Origin: Candidatus Poribacteria bacterium
GTDB lineage: Bacteria > Poribacteria > WGA-4E > PCPOR2b
Assembly (NCBI GenBank): GCA_965198175.1
Contig: OZ240245.1
Location: 2,976,001-3,040,000, forward strand
DNA: 64,000 bases
Direction: 5' to 3'
Numbering within the stretch: the first letter of the stretch is position 1; each line of letters begins with the position of its first letter. Made by a program: the position numbers and the translations under genes. The notes beneath the pieces were generated by a model. It searched no databases, was not told where the DNA came from, and saw only the letters and a program-made list of their open reading frames with translations. Positions 49,776-59,048 of the stretch are shown in pieces.

Positions 49776-51140
49776 TCATTCTCGGAGTTTCCACCGGATT
49801 TGAGGACAATTAGCCACGATAGAATCAATTTGTTCCCGATTGAAACCGATTAATTCGAGAAAATGGAGTTGAAAAAGCAATTCCATTTTGAGACAAAGAG
49901 CCCCTAACTCCTCACCCTTAACGGCTTCTGATTCCAAAGATAGGTCATAGTGCGTCAGATAATTGCGTGTATTCAAAATCCTATTTATCAAGTTATTCCT
50001 TTTTGTCTTGTTCCCAATAATATCCTTAAATGGCTTAACAATTCTCTTTAACCTTTTTCTCAAACTCAGCTCGTTACCATACACCAATTTTGTTGCCAAC
50101 CATTCTTCGTGTTCATCCGGGCACTTATCAATGAGATTTTTGACCAATTCGTCAAACTGGGATTTGTCCATCCGTTTTTCATCAGAAGTTCTTCGATGAA
50201 ATGCTTCTAAGCCCTGTACCAATGCCATGAATCTCTCTTCCAAGTATGTCTGCATCCCCATTTTCGCCAAGAAGTACAAATTCAAAGCAGGAGCAATCGT
50301 TTCGTAGGCTTCTATCCAATTAGTGATTATGGTCGCTGCTTCATTTTGTATCTCCCGGAATTCAAACAGCCTACCCCGATTAATCTTTGGCTCATCTTTA
50401 GAGTAGGGCCAACTTGAATAATAAACATCTATTCGAATCGGTTTTGTTTTCCCTTCCCCAGTATCTTGGCGGAGTTCGTTTGAAGTTGCCCACATACTAT
50501 CCAAGGAGACTGTTTGGTCCATCGCAAAACACAAAAAATTTGTAATTTTGTAAACAACAGAGATGAAGTCGTTTAATTCACGCTCATCTTCTGAAACCAA
50601 TTGAAGATAAGTTTTTTGGCTTATTCTTGCCTCTTTGACAGTTGGGAATCCCGGTAGCGACCAATGAAATGTAATTAGCAACTTCATACCGTTGCCAAGG
50701 TAGAGTGGGATGTTCTTTTGCGGCTGATACGATACGGTGGCAGTGCGTTGTTCAATGTGGTCAACGTTAATGCCGCTTATACCAACCCATTCGTCAATTC
50801 CTTCTACGGAAAAAGTCAGGGCATTAAATACAGGACGTTCGCCTTCATCATAGTGAACACCAATGAAAGCTCTAGTTACATGAATGAATGATTTCGATGG
50901 ACCTCCAATAACACGAACTGTCCCCTTTTTGTAGTAGCAATCGTCGAGAGTAACGAATCCTTCTTTTTCAATTTCACCAACTATTCGTTCTATTGATGGC
51001 GAATATTCATTGAACCGTCCAGACGCTTCTAGCTGAATATGTCCTCCATCGATAATTGAGAGCGTGCCAGGTATTCTTCTCTCAGGTGCAGAAGGTAGCC
51101 AAAAATGACCTAGCCTCGTGAGTTCTTGATTGATTCTCAA
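49776..51140 (-). CDS. ApeA N-terminal domain + HEPN protein (putative anti-phage RNase)
   Basis: GHFWLP...IPGTL, VTLDDC, GIDEWV, QGLEAFHR, HEPN RxxxxH motif RNYLTH. Confidence 0.85.
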   Translation of the reverse strand: MRINQELTRLGHFWLPSAPERRIPGTLSIIDGGHIQLEASGRFNEYSPSIERIVGEIEKEGFVTLDDCYYKKGTVRVIGGPSKSFIHVTRAFIGVHYDEGERPVFNALTFSVEGIDEWVGISGINVDHIEQRTATVSYQPQKNIPLYLGNGMKLLITFHWSLPGFPTVKEARISQKTYLQLVSEDERELNDFISVVYKITNFLCFAMDQTVSLDSMWATSNELRQDTGEGKTKPIRIDVYYSSWPYSKDEPKINRGRLFEFREIQNEAATIITNWIEAYETIAPALNLYFLAKMGMQTYLEERFMALVQGLEAFHRRTSDEKRMDKSQFDELVKNLIDKCPDEHEEWLATKLVYGNELSLRKRLKRIVKPFKDIIGNKTKRNNLINRILNTRNYLTHYDLSLESEAVKGEELGALCLKMELLFQLHFLELIGFNREQIDSIVANCPQIRWKLRE

Positions 51141-51203
51141 TAAGATGACCTCCTAGTGTGGTGGATAAATGCTTAAACTATTACGTTTCTTTCTGTGCTG
51201 TCT

Positions 51204-54200
51204 TTAGGCGGTTGTACTGCTAGCCTCGACCACGCTAACCCCCCTAGCCCCCTTGTCAGGGAGGGATTTTTGGATGCCTAGCTCTGGTAAGTTTTCCACG
51301 ATGTCAACAGTTTCTAGGCTGACGGTGATTACTTTGGCGATGAGTTTGACGATGTATTGCGGGTCGTCGTCGCGGTTGGGGTCGTTGACGATGCCGCTGC
51401 GTTTGTCCGTCTTGATGCGATACTGGTCAATCACCCATTCCAACGCCGATCGATTGCCAAGCCGATAGTCGAACGCCCTTGCGGGTATCCCGTCGAGGGT
51501 TAAGAAATCGTTGTATTTTATCTGTGTCTTGTCCTTGGACAGCTTCATTTTTTCGACACGCCAATCGAGTTGTGTATCCGGTGTTTCGATCAAGCTGAGC
51601 GGATATTCGTCCACGTCCTCATAGCCGACGTGGATTTCCCCTAGGCACCCTCCCGCTTTGGCAAAGCCCCAGAAGTCCGGTGCATAGGGAAGGCACGGCA
51701 GGTCGCGTTTGAGGTTCGCAGCATACCGCTCCCGATATTCCGGGTGGTGCAGAAGTGCATAGACGTAATGGAAGATGTCCCATTTGCCGATGGTGTCGTC
51801 TCGGTAATGTGCTCGGAATTGTGACAATGCCCAAGCGGTAATGTTTTCCCGGCGGTTCTTCCCGTCTTCGTCGTAGGTGTAGAAGGGGAAGCATTGTCCC
51901 GGCGAGCCAAAACCTCCTATTGCTACAAGGTCGGGAATGCAATCGACCATGAGACACGTAAACGGTTTTTCCTTTGGTATGTTGGCACAAATCACTTGAT
52001 TTTCCGCTTCTGTCTCAGGTGTAGGTAGGATGGATGGAAAGACATACACACGCTCGGTCATCATTCGGTCAAAGTACAGGTTTAATTTCGTAAAGGGGCG
52101 ATAGAGAGAAACCTTCGCCTTTTCCCGCGAAAAATCAACGGTTTTCCCTCTTTGCAAGTTGCGTTTTAGTGACTCACTCCACTTGATTTTCGCTCCATCA
52201 TTAACCACAAACTCATCAACCGATCTGTCCCGATTTCCTCGACGCTTCCACCTATCAACCTCTGCGTTATAAGCCCCAATCAGTTGATTGATATTCTCCG
52301 CTAGGGCGTTTAGGTTGAAGTTGTAAGCCCAAGCATCACGATCGGTTTTAACACCGTTACTGTAAGTCTTAAAAATCACATTCCGCGCCTGCACCTTTGC
52401 CTCCTTCGCTTTGTGAGTTCCCATTGGCAAAAAGGCGTCAAACTCGGTGTGCAGCCCCTCTGTCAGCCATGTGTGGCGATGATCGGGCGTTATCGGTTTC
52501 CATTCAATGTTTCGGTAATGCTTATTTGAATCAAGATAGCGGTATTTGTCCTTCTTGCGCTAAAGTTCATCAACACGGGCGTAGAATATTTCGGGATGGG
52601 AATTTGCGTTGTCTCGCCTCTTGATGAAAAAATTGATACTTACACCGACCTGAATTCCAAAAACGTTGTGCGTTGTGCCTGAGAGTTTAGGGTTCTTACG
52701 GACGTTCCCACTCAGATCTAGAATGTAAATCGCGTCGAAATCGTCCGCTAAGTGTTTCCGCATCCCATCGAACGCCTCACCGTCGAGAAAACTGTTGTTG
52801 GTCACTAAGGCTACAACTCCTTCCTCACCAATGCGACTCGATGCCCACCGAATAGTCTTGACATACGGATCCGCCAATGCCTTTTTGTTCCTCGCCTTGG
52901 AATCTTTCCCATAGGTCTTAGCCACGTGTGCAGCCATTGTCTCATAATTCCGGTTTTTGTTGTTGTCGTTCTCGTTGACCTGACCCACGTTATATGGCGG
53001 ATTGCCGATAACCACAAACATCGGCGTCACTTTCTGACTCTCAACGCGACGGGTGTTCTCCTCGGCAAACAGAGATTGATAGTCGTCCGGGTCTTCCACC
53101 AACTCAAAAGTATCAACGAAGCAGGTACCCTCAAAGGGACGATATGCCCCCGTCGCTTCGTAAAAATAATGCTCGATGTTCATCGACGCGATGTAGTAGG
53201 GCAGCAGCATCACCTCGTTGCAGTGGAGTTCGGACTGATATTTGTCTGCCAGTGCAGTCTTCTGAATCTCGCGCATAACTCGCACGATGAAATTACCGGT
53301 TCCCACAAACGGGTCGATGATGTGAACGCCAGAATCGGAGAGAGATCGATTGAATTCGGTCTTTAGTATCTGATCGACGCTTTTCACCATAAAGTCGACA
53401 ATCGGTTGCGGTGTGTAGACAATTCCGTGCGTGTCTGCAACCTTCACCGAAAACCCCTGAAAAAACTGCTCGTAAACCGTGTTGAGAAAACCCTGTTTTT
53501 GGGAGAAGTCGCTGATTGTCGCAGCGGTGCGTTCGATTGCGATGTAAAAGTGATCGAGGCTACGAAGAAAACTGTCGCGGCTAAACGACTGCGAGGTGAG
53601 GGCATCAATCACTTTTTCGATTTCATAGGCGATGACGTTGCGGCGGGCGAAGTCGGGGTTATCGAAGACGGTGCGGAAGATGCGTTCGGTCAGAAGGTGC
53701 TGAATTAGCATCTCCTCGACTGCGGCTTCGGCGAGGTTGGGGTTGATTGCTTGACGACATTTCTCATGGAATTCGGCAAAGGCGACCTTAAACTGAGGAC
53801 TGATCTCCCGTTCCGTTTGTATGAGGGACGCCAAGCTGTCTCCGAGTGCAGGCACAACCGCTTTGAACTGCGCGACCGCATCCTCCCATTCGGCGTATTC
53901 CTGCGGACGGTGGGAAAAGAAGGTTTCGAGCGTCCCTATCAGTTCGGTAGGGTTGGTCAGGTTAACATCGAGCACCTGCTGGGTGTTTTGCCAAAGGATG
54001 GCGCGATGCGGGGTTTGGAAGAGGATGTTGTCGCAGGGGTAGCCCGCCTCAAATTTCTGCTGTACTTGGGTTGGTAGGTCGTCGTGGATGTCCTTCGCTT
54101 CCCAATAGCCATGCGGCAGCCGGAAATCGTCAATCAACGCGCCGTCAACGGCAATCCGCTTGTTACGAGGGGCATTCATCGAATGCTCAGGCACGAGAGT

Positions 54201-54353
54201 CCATTTTAACTTCTGTGCGCAGTGTTGAAGCAGGGATTGGAATGCCGAGCGGACCGCCGTCTCGTGGGTAACGCCGAGCCGGTTGAACTGATCGAGCGCG
54301 GCGTAGTAGTTTTTAATTGGTTTGTGAGTTGGTTTGAGGTTGAGGGTTGGCAT
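51204..54353 (-). pseudogene. Single-chain restriction-modification enzyme (nuclease + N6-MTase + type ISP-like specificity domain) with one in-frame TAG
   Basis: VDG...YWEAKD, YTPQPIV, IIDPFVGTG, GNPPY, GVKTDRDAW, ALEWVIDQY. The two track ORFs share a frame, and TAG at 52560-52562 is the only stop between them. Confidence 0.85.
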
Positions 54354-54375
54354 TGTGTTGGTTTTCGTAAATTTT

Positions 54376-54594
54376 CTAATTCGACAGATTCGCAGTTGAG
54401 GCTTCTATCTGTTCATAAGACAGTTCGGGTAGACTTGCCTGTTGATGGGCATGTTCAATGGTGATTGCCACTAGATTCCCAGAGGCATCCAGATCGACAT
54501 AAATATTCTCGTTAATCTCTTTTGTCTCGGTCACTTCTCGCCCTGAGAATTCAACCAAGGCGGTGTCTGTATCGTGAAAATATTTGACTTTCAT
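54376..54594 (-). CDS. DUF2283 domain protein, copy 2
   Basis: Differs from 48614-48832 at 4 of 72 residues. Confidence 0.85.
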   Translation of the reverse strand: MKVKYFHDTDTALVEFSGREVTETKEINENIYVDLDASGNLVAITIEHAHQQASLPELSYEQIEASTANLSN

Positions 54595-54699
54595 TGGTTT
54601 ACTTTTCCACCCTTCCTACAATCGTGCGCCGAAGAAATCGGAGATTTCTAACGCCGAATACATAACTTTCGACACGGTCAAAATGACAGACAGGAAAAG

Positions 54700-54762
54700 C
54701 GTTGGGTTTCGGAGAAAACTATCGCCTTCGCTATTCGCACAGTTGATCTCTACCCAACCTAC
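54700..54762. repeat. 63-bp REP-derived direct repeat (left)
   Basis: Matches 62228-62290 at 60 of 63 positions in the same orientation. Confidence 0.75.
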
Positions 54763-54962
54763 AATCAACTGTGCACTCGCAGTCGTTTATCCATATCCTA
54801 ATAAAATTACAGAGGAGTCTTTTACCTGTGGGAGAGGCGTCTAAAACTATCGCGCTTCCTACTCGGTCGCTTGTTCGTTGAGTTTCGCTCCCTTATCAAC
54901 ATCCGCGATTAGTAGTTTTGGACTAACAAATGGGTGAACTATGTCAAAGGTGAAATTGTGCA

Positions 54963-55574
54963 TCACCACACAGAGACTCGTATCTGTGTTACCCTGCCAA
55001 ATTTACCTGGTCTATCGAGTTTTTTTGCATCGAACCACTGAATTTCTATTATATGGAAATAAGGACCTATTACGGCAAACCAGTCGCTCCGCTCCGCGTT
55101 CCGATGCTTTACTGGATGCTCTATCAGCTGATTGGGGTCATATCCGAGCATTATTACAGCTTCCTCTGCAGACACAACTCCTGAATGGGTTAATTCTACC
55201 CGTCCCACTTCACGTGCAGGTTTGTTCCTATCTACGTCTGTAACACTCAAAGAAAGATATGCCTTGTGGTTCAGCGTATACGTTTTAATGGGAGTAAACC
55301 GCTCTTCCGAAAAATACGGTGTAGTCCTCCCGTACTCAGGAGCAAAGGGGACATAAGAGATGTTTGTTCTCCTGTAGTTGCCAAAGTCGGTTGTTGCTCT
55401 TACTTTAGCTTGGCTCTCTTTCAATGGAGTTCCTAGGAGCTCTTTAGCATTTATCACATACTCAGGCACAATTGGTTTGGTATCTGTCTCAAGCCCCTTC
55501 ACAATTTTGGTGCCGCCCGCCGCTGCTATCAGAAACAGACCTACCGCCAGCAACCCATGCCGTATAAAGCGCAT
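54963..55574 (-). CDS. Secreted paralog array protein, type A (A3)
   Basis: SD AGGAGG, signal peptide MRFIRH..., homologous to four neighbours. Confidence 0.85.
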   Translation of the reverse strand: MRFIRHGLLAVGLFLIAAAGGTKIVKGLETDTKPIVPEYVINAKELLGTPLKESQAKVRATTDFGNYRRTNISYVPFAPEYGRTTPYFSEERFTPIKTYTLNHKAYLSLSVTDVDRNKPAREVGRVELTHSGVVSAEEAVIMLGYDPNQLIEHPVKHRNAERSDWFAVIGPYFHIIEIQWFDAKKLDRPGKFGRVTQIRVSVW

Positions 55575-55604
55575 CTTATCCTCCTTTTGAGAAAAATTAA
55601 CGCA

Positions 55605-56201
55605 TTACCACGCACTGGCTCGAATCTGTGTGACCTTGCCAAGTTCCGTTGCATCGAACCACTGAATTTCAATGAGGTGGAAGTAGGGACCCATCTGAAC
55701 AAACCAGTTACTCGTATCGGCGTTCCTATGTTTGACCGGGTGTTCTATCAGATTGTTTGGGTCATATCCAAGCATCATTACTGCTTCCTCTGCGGACACA
55801 ACGCCGTTATGAGTTAATTCTACCCTGCCCACTTCAACTTCCTTTGGGTTTTTGTCTACTTCTGTGAAATACAGAGACAGATACGCTCTGTCCTTCCGAG
55901 TATACGTTTCAATGGGTGTGATGTGTTTTTCCTTGAAGTACGGCTTTGTCCTTCCGAAATCTGACCTGCCCGGCAAATACATGTTGTGTCGTCCTTTGTG
56001 GTGACGGAACCAGAAATTTGATAATTCGAACACTTTGCCTGCGCTTTCCTTTATTCCGAGTCCGAATAGCTCTTTGGCATCTACCACATATTCAGGCACA
56101 ATCGCTTTGGCATCTGTCTCAGGCGCCGGCGCAACCTTGGTACCGCCCCCCGTAAACATCAAGATTAAGATGACGTAAATCAGAAATAGTCGTCGTTTCA
56201 T
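55605..56201 (-). CDS. Secreted paralog array protein, type B (B2)
   Basis: SD AAGGAGG, signal peptide, shared core IVPEY...GRVELTH.GVVS.EEA.MMLGYDP. Confidence 0.85.
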   Translation of the reverse strand: MKRRLFLIYVILILMFTGGGTKVAPAPETDAKAIVPEYVVDAKELFGLGIKESAGKVFELSNFWFRHHKGRHNMYLPGRSDFGRTKPYFKEKHITPIETYTRKDRAYLSLYFTEVDKNPKEVEVGRVELTHNGVVSAEEAVMMLGYDPNNLIEHPVKHRNADTSNWFVQMGPYFHLIEIQWFDATELGKVTQIRASAW

Positions 56202-56375
56202 GATAGTTTCCTCCTTCCAGACAAGCCCAAGAAGAATTTCAAATAGTCAGGTGTAGCTGGTTCATTGCCTGAGAACATCGTTCCAACTTTACTTTCTCAC
56301 GAAATTCGTCTGCATGGAGACACGTGTCCCAATGCGCAACGAACCCCGGCCCCACTTCCCCGTCCGGTGTACAAA

Positions 56376-56990
56376 TCACCACACAGAGACTCGAATCTGT
56401 GTGACTTTACCCAAGCTTTCTCCTATTCTGGCGGGTTTTTCTGCATCGAACCACTGAATTTCTATTATATGGAAATAAGGACCTATTAAGGCAAACCAGT
56501 CGCTCCGCTCCGCGTTCCGATGCTTTACTGGATGCTCTGCCAGCTGCTTGGGGTCATATCCGAGCATCATGATCGCTTCCTCTGCAGACACAACCCCTGA
56601 ATGGGTTAATTCTACCCGTCCAACTTCACGTCCAGGTATGTTCCTATCTACGTCTGTAACACCTAAAGCAAGGTATGCCTTGTGGTTCAAAGTGTAGGTT
56701 TGAATGAGGTCAAACTGTGCTTCCGTAAAATATAGTGTAGTCCTCCCGTATTCACGGGCACAGGAGGCAAAACAGATGTTGTCTGCCATGTAGATGGGAA
56801 AGTCGGTTGTTGCTCTTACTTTAGCTCGGCTCTCTTTCAATGAAGTTCCTAAGAGTTCTTTAGCATCTATCACATACTCAGGCACAATCGCTTTTGTATC
56901 TGTCTCAAGCCCCTTCACAGTCTTGGTGCCACCCCCCGCTGCTATCAGAAGCAAACCTACTGCCGGCAGCCAATGCCTTATAAAACGCAT
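56376..56990 (-). CDS. Secreted paralog array protein, type A (A2)
   Basis: Same family as A3, with a different central segment. Confidence 0.85.
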   Translation of the reverse strand: MRFIRHWLPAVGLLLIAAGGGTKTVKGLETDTKAIVPEYVIDAKELLGTSLKESRAKVRATTDFPIYMADNICFASCAREYGRTTLYFTEAQFDLIQTYTLNHKAYLALGVTDVDRNIPGREVGRVELTHSGVVSAEEAIMMLGYDPKQLAEHPVKHRNAERSDWFALIGPYFHIIEIQWFDAEKPARIGESLGKVTQIRVSVW

Positions 56991-57020
56991 CTTACCCTCC
57001 TCTTGAGAAAAATTAACGCA

Positions 57021-57614
57021 TTACCACACACTGGCTCGAATCTGTGTGACTTTACCACGTTCCGTTGCAAAGAACCACTGTATTTCAATTATATGGAAGT
57101 AGGAATCTATTACGGCAAACCAGTCGCTCCGCTCCGCGTTCCGATGCTTTACTGGATGCTCTGTCAGCTGCTTGGGGTCATATCCGAGCATCATGATCGC
57201 TTCCGCTGCAGACACAACCCCTGAATGGGTTAATTCTACCCGTCCAATTTCACGTCCACGTATGTTCCTATCTACGTCTGTAACACTCAAAGAAAGATAC
57301 GCCTTGTTGTTCAGCGTATAGGTTTCAATGCGATCAAACTGTGCTTCCGTAAAATACGGAGTAATCCTCCCGTACTCACGGGTAAAGGGGGCAAAAGAGA
57401 AGTTTGCTGACATGTAGCCGCGAAAGTCGGTTGTTGCTCTTACTTTAGCTTCGCACGCTTTCAGTGAAATGCCTAAGAGTTCTTTAACATTTATCACATA
57501 CTCAGGCACAATCGCTTTTGTATCTGTCTCAAGCCCCTTCACAGTCTTGGTGCCACCCCCCGCTGCTATCAGAAACAAACCTACCGCCAGCAGCCAATGC
57601 CTTATAAAACGCAT
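57021..57614 (-). CDS. Secreted paralog array protein, A/B chimera (A1)
   Basis: A-type body with a B-type C-terminus (ATERGKVTQIRASVW). Confidence 0.85.
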   Translation of the reverse strand: MRFIRHWLLAVGLFLIAAGGGTKTVKGLETDTKAIVPEYVINVKELLGISLKACEAKVRATTDFRGYMSANFSFAPFTREYGRITPYFTEAQFDRIETYTLNNKAYLSLSVTDVDRNIRGREIGRVELTHSGVVSAAEAIMMLGYDPKQLTEHPVKHRNAERSDWFAVIDSYFHIIEIQWFFATERGKVTQIRASVW

Positions 57615-57644
57615 CTTACCCTCCTCTTGAGAAAAATTAACGCA

Positions 57645-58241
57645 TTACCACACACTGGCTCGAATCTGTGTGACTTTACCAAGTTCCGTTGCTTCGAACC
57701 ACTGTATTTCAATGAGGTGGAAGTAGGGATCTATTTGAACAAACCAGTTACTCGTATCAGCGTTCCTATGTTTAACTGGGTGTTCTATTAGATTGTTAGG
57801 GTCGTATCCAAGCATCATGACTGCTTCCTCTCCAGATACAACGCCTAAATGAGTTAATTCTACCCTTCCCACTTCAACTTCTTTTGCGTTCTTATCTACT
57901 TCTGTGAAATACAGAGACAGATACGCTTTGTCCTTCAGCGTATACGTTTCAATGGGTGTGATGTGTTTTTCATTGAAGTACGGATTTGTTCTTCCGTAAC
58001 CAAGAGAGTACGGCAGATACATGTTGTGCCGTGCTTTGGGTGGCCGGAACCAGAAATCAGATATTGCGAACACTTTGCCTGCGCTTTCCTTTATTCCGAG
58101 TCCGATTAGTTCTTTGGCATCTACCACATATTCAGGCACAATCGCTTTGGCATCTGTCCCAGGCGCCGGCGCAACCTTAGTACCGCCCCCCGCAGACATC
58201 AAGATTAAAAAGGTGTAAATCAGGCATGGTCGGAATTTCAT
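57645..58241 (-). CDS. Secreted paralog array protein, type B (B1)
   Basis: Start reassigned to ATG 58241 after AAGGAGG, giving the same length as B2. Confidence 0.85.
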   Translation of the reverse strand: MKFRPCLIYTFLILMSAGGGTKVAPAPGTDAKAIVPEYVVDAKELIGLGIKESAGKVFAISDFWFRPPKARHNMYLPYSLGYGRTNPYFNEKHITPIETYTLKDKAYLSLYFTEVDKNAKEVEVGRVELTHLGVVSGEEAVMMLGYDPNNLIEHPVKHRNADTSNWFVQIDPYFHLIEIQWFEATELGKVTQIRASVW

Positions 58242-58276
58242 GATAGTTTCCTCCTTCAAGACAAGCCCAAGTTTTT

Positions 58277-58376
58277 GTAGGTTGGGTAGAGCGGAGTTAA
58301 TGAAACATGTGCAATTTGACAAATCAGTTTGTCGATTGTTTGCGTTCGACATTCGTTCGATGAAGCGAAACCCAAC
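58277..58376. repeat. GTAG-type REP element
   Basis: GTAGGTTGGGTAGAGCG...GCGAAACCCAAC. Confidence 0.7.
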
Positions 58377-58577
58377 TCTTTTAAACACTCTGGACAACAA
58401 AAAAGCGGCGCAAGGATTGCGGCGTACCTTACCCCAAACGACTCCTTTGCCTTTTCTACATTTTTATTGTTTCAATTGTTGAACGTTTGGAAATGACTGG
58501 TGCGTCGGCGACCCAGTTAGCGTCTTCACGCATACTCTTGATATTAACTTCGGCTTTTATGCCAATTTGGATGTTAT

Positions 58578-58769
58578 TCATTGCCGTATTTCCACTTCAA
58601 GTCCGTCTAGGTAGGCCCGCATTCTTACCAGCTGTACTTCTAAGCGTCCCAGTTTTTTGGTTATTACGGCAATGTCCTCTTGGTATTGTGGCTTTTTTAT
58701 TGGCGAGATTATGCCGAACATGATTAGGGTGATTAACGTTAATAGTATGGTGCGGATGATGTCCAACAT
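58578..58769 (-). CDS. Small TM + coiled-coil protein (63 aa)
   Basis: SD AGGAG; MLDIIRTILLTLITLIMFGIISP followed by a heptad-like LEVQLVRMRAYLDGLE. Confidence 0.55.
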   Translation of the reverse strand: MLDIIRTILLTLITLIMFGIISPIKKPQYQEDIAVITKKLGRLEVQLVRMRAYLDGLEVEIRQ

Positions 58770-58841
58770 TTTTCGTCTCCTGTTGTTAGATGTGAGTTGC
58801 TGCTTGGTTATTACAATCTCGTTTTGGAGATGATTCAACTG

Positions 58842-58945
58842 CGTTGGGTTTCGCTTCATTATAAACATTTATCCAGCAATCTCAACATACGAATCCCGTA
58901 CGGGATACTTCGTCTGTTTCAGCATCACCGCTCTACCCAACCTTC
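58842..58945. repeat. GTAG-type REP element
   Basis: CGTTGGGTTTCGC...CGCTCTACCCAACCTTC. Confidence 0.65.
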
Positions 58946-59048
58946 GTAACTAGCGCCTTCTTATCCACTCGGTTGATCTTTCCCTGTTTGGTCGGTTGAT
59001 TAGTTCGCAGATCGCTCCTATCGCTAGACGTGAATTGGAAATTCGAGA

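Noticed and set aside
54963..58241. Diversity-generating retroelement behind the paralog variation
   Set aside because: No reverse transcriptase or template repeat in the window, and the differences are not confined to adenine positions.
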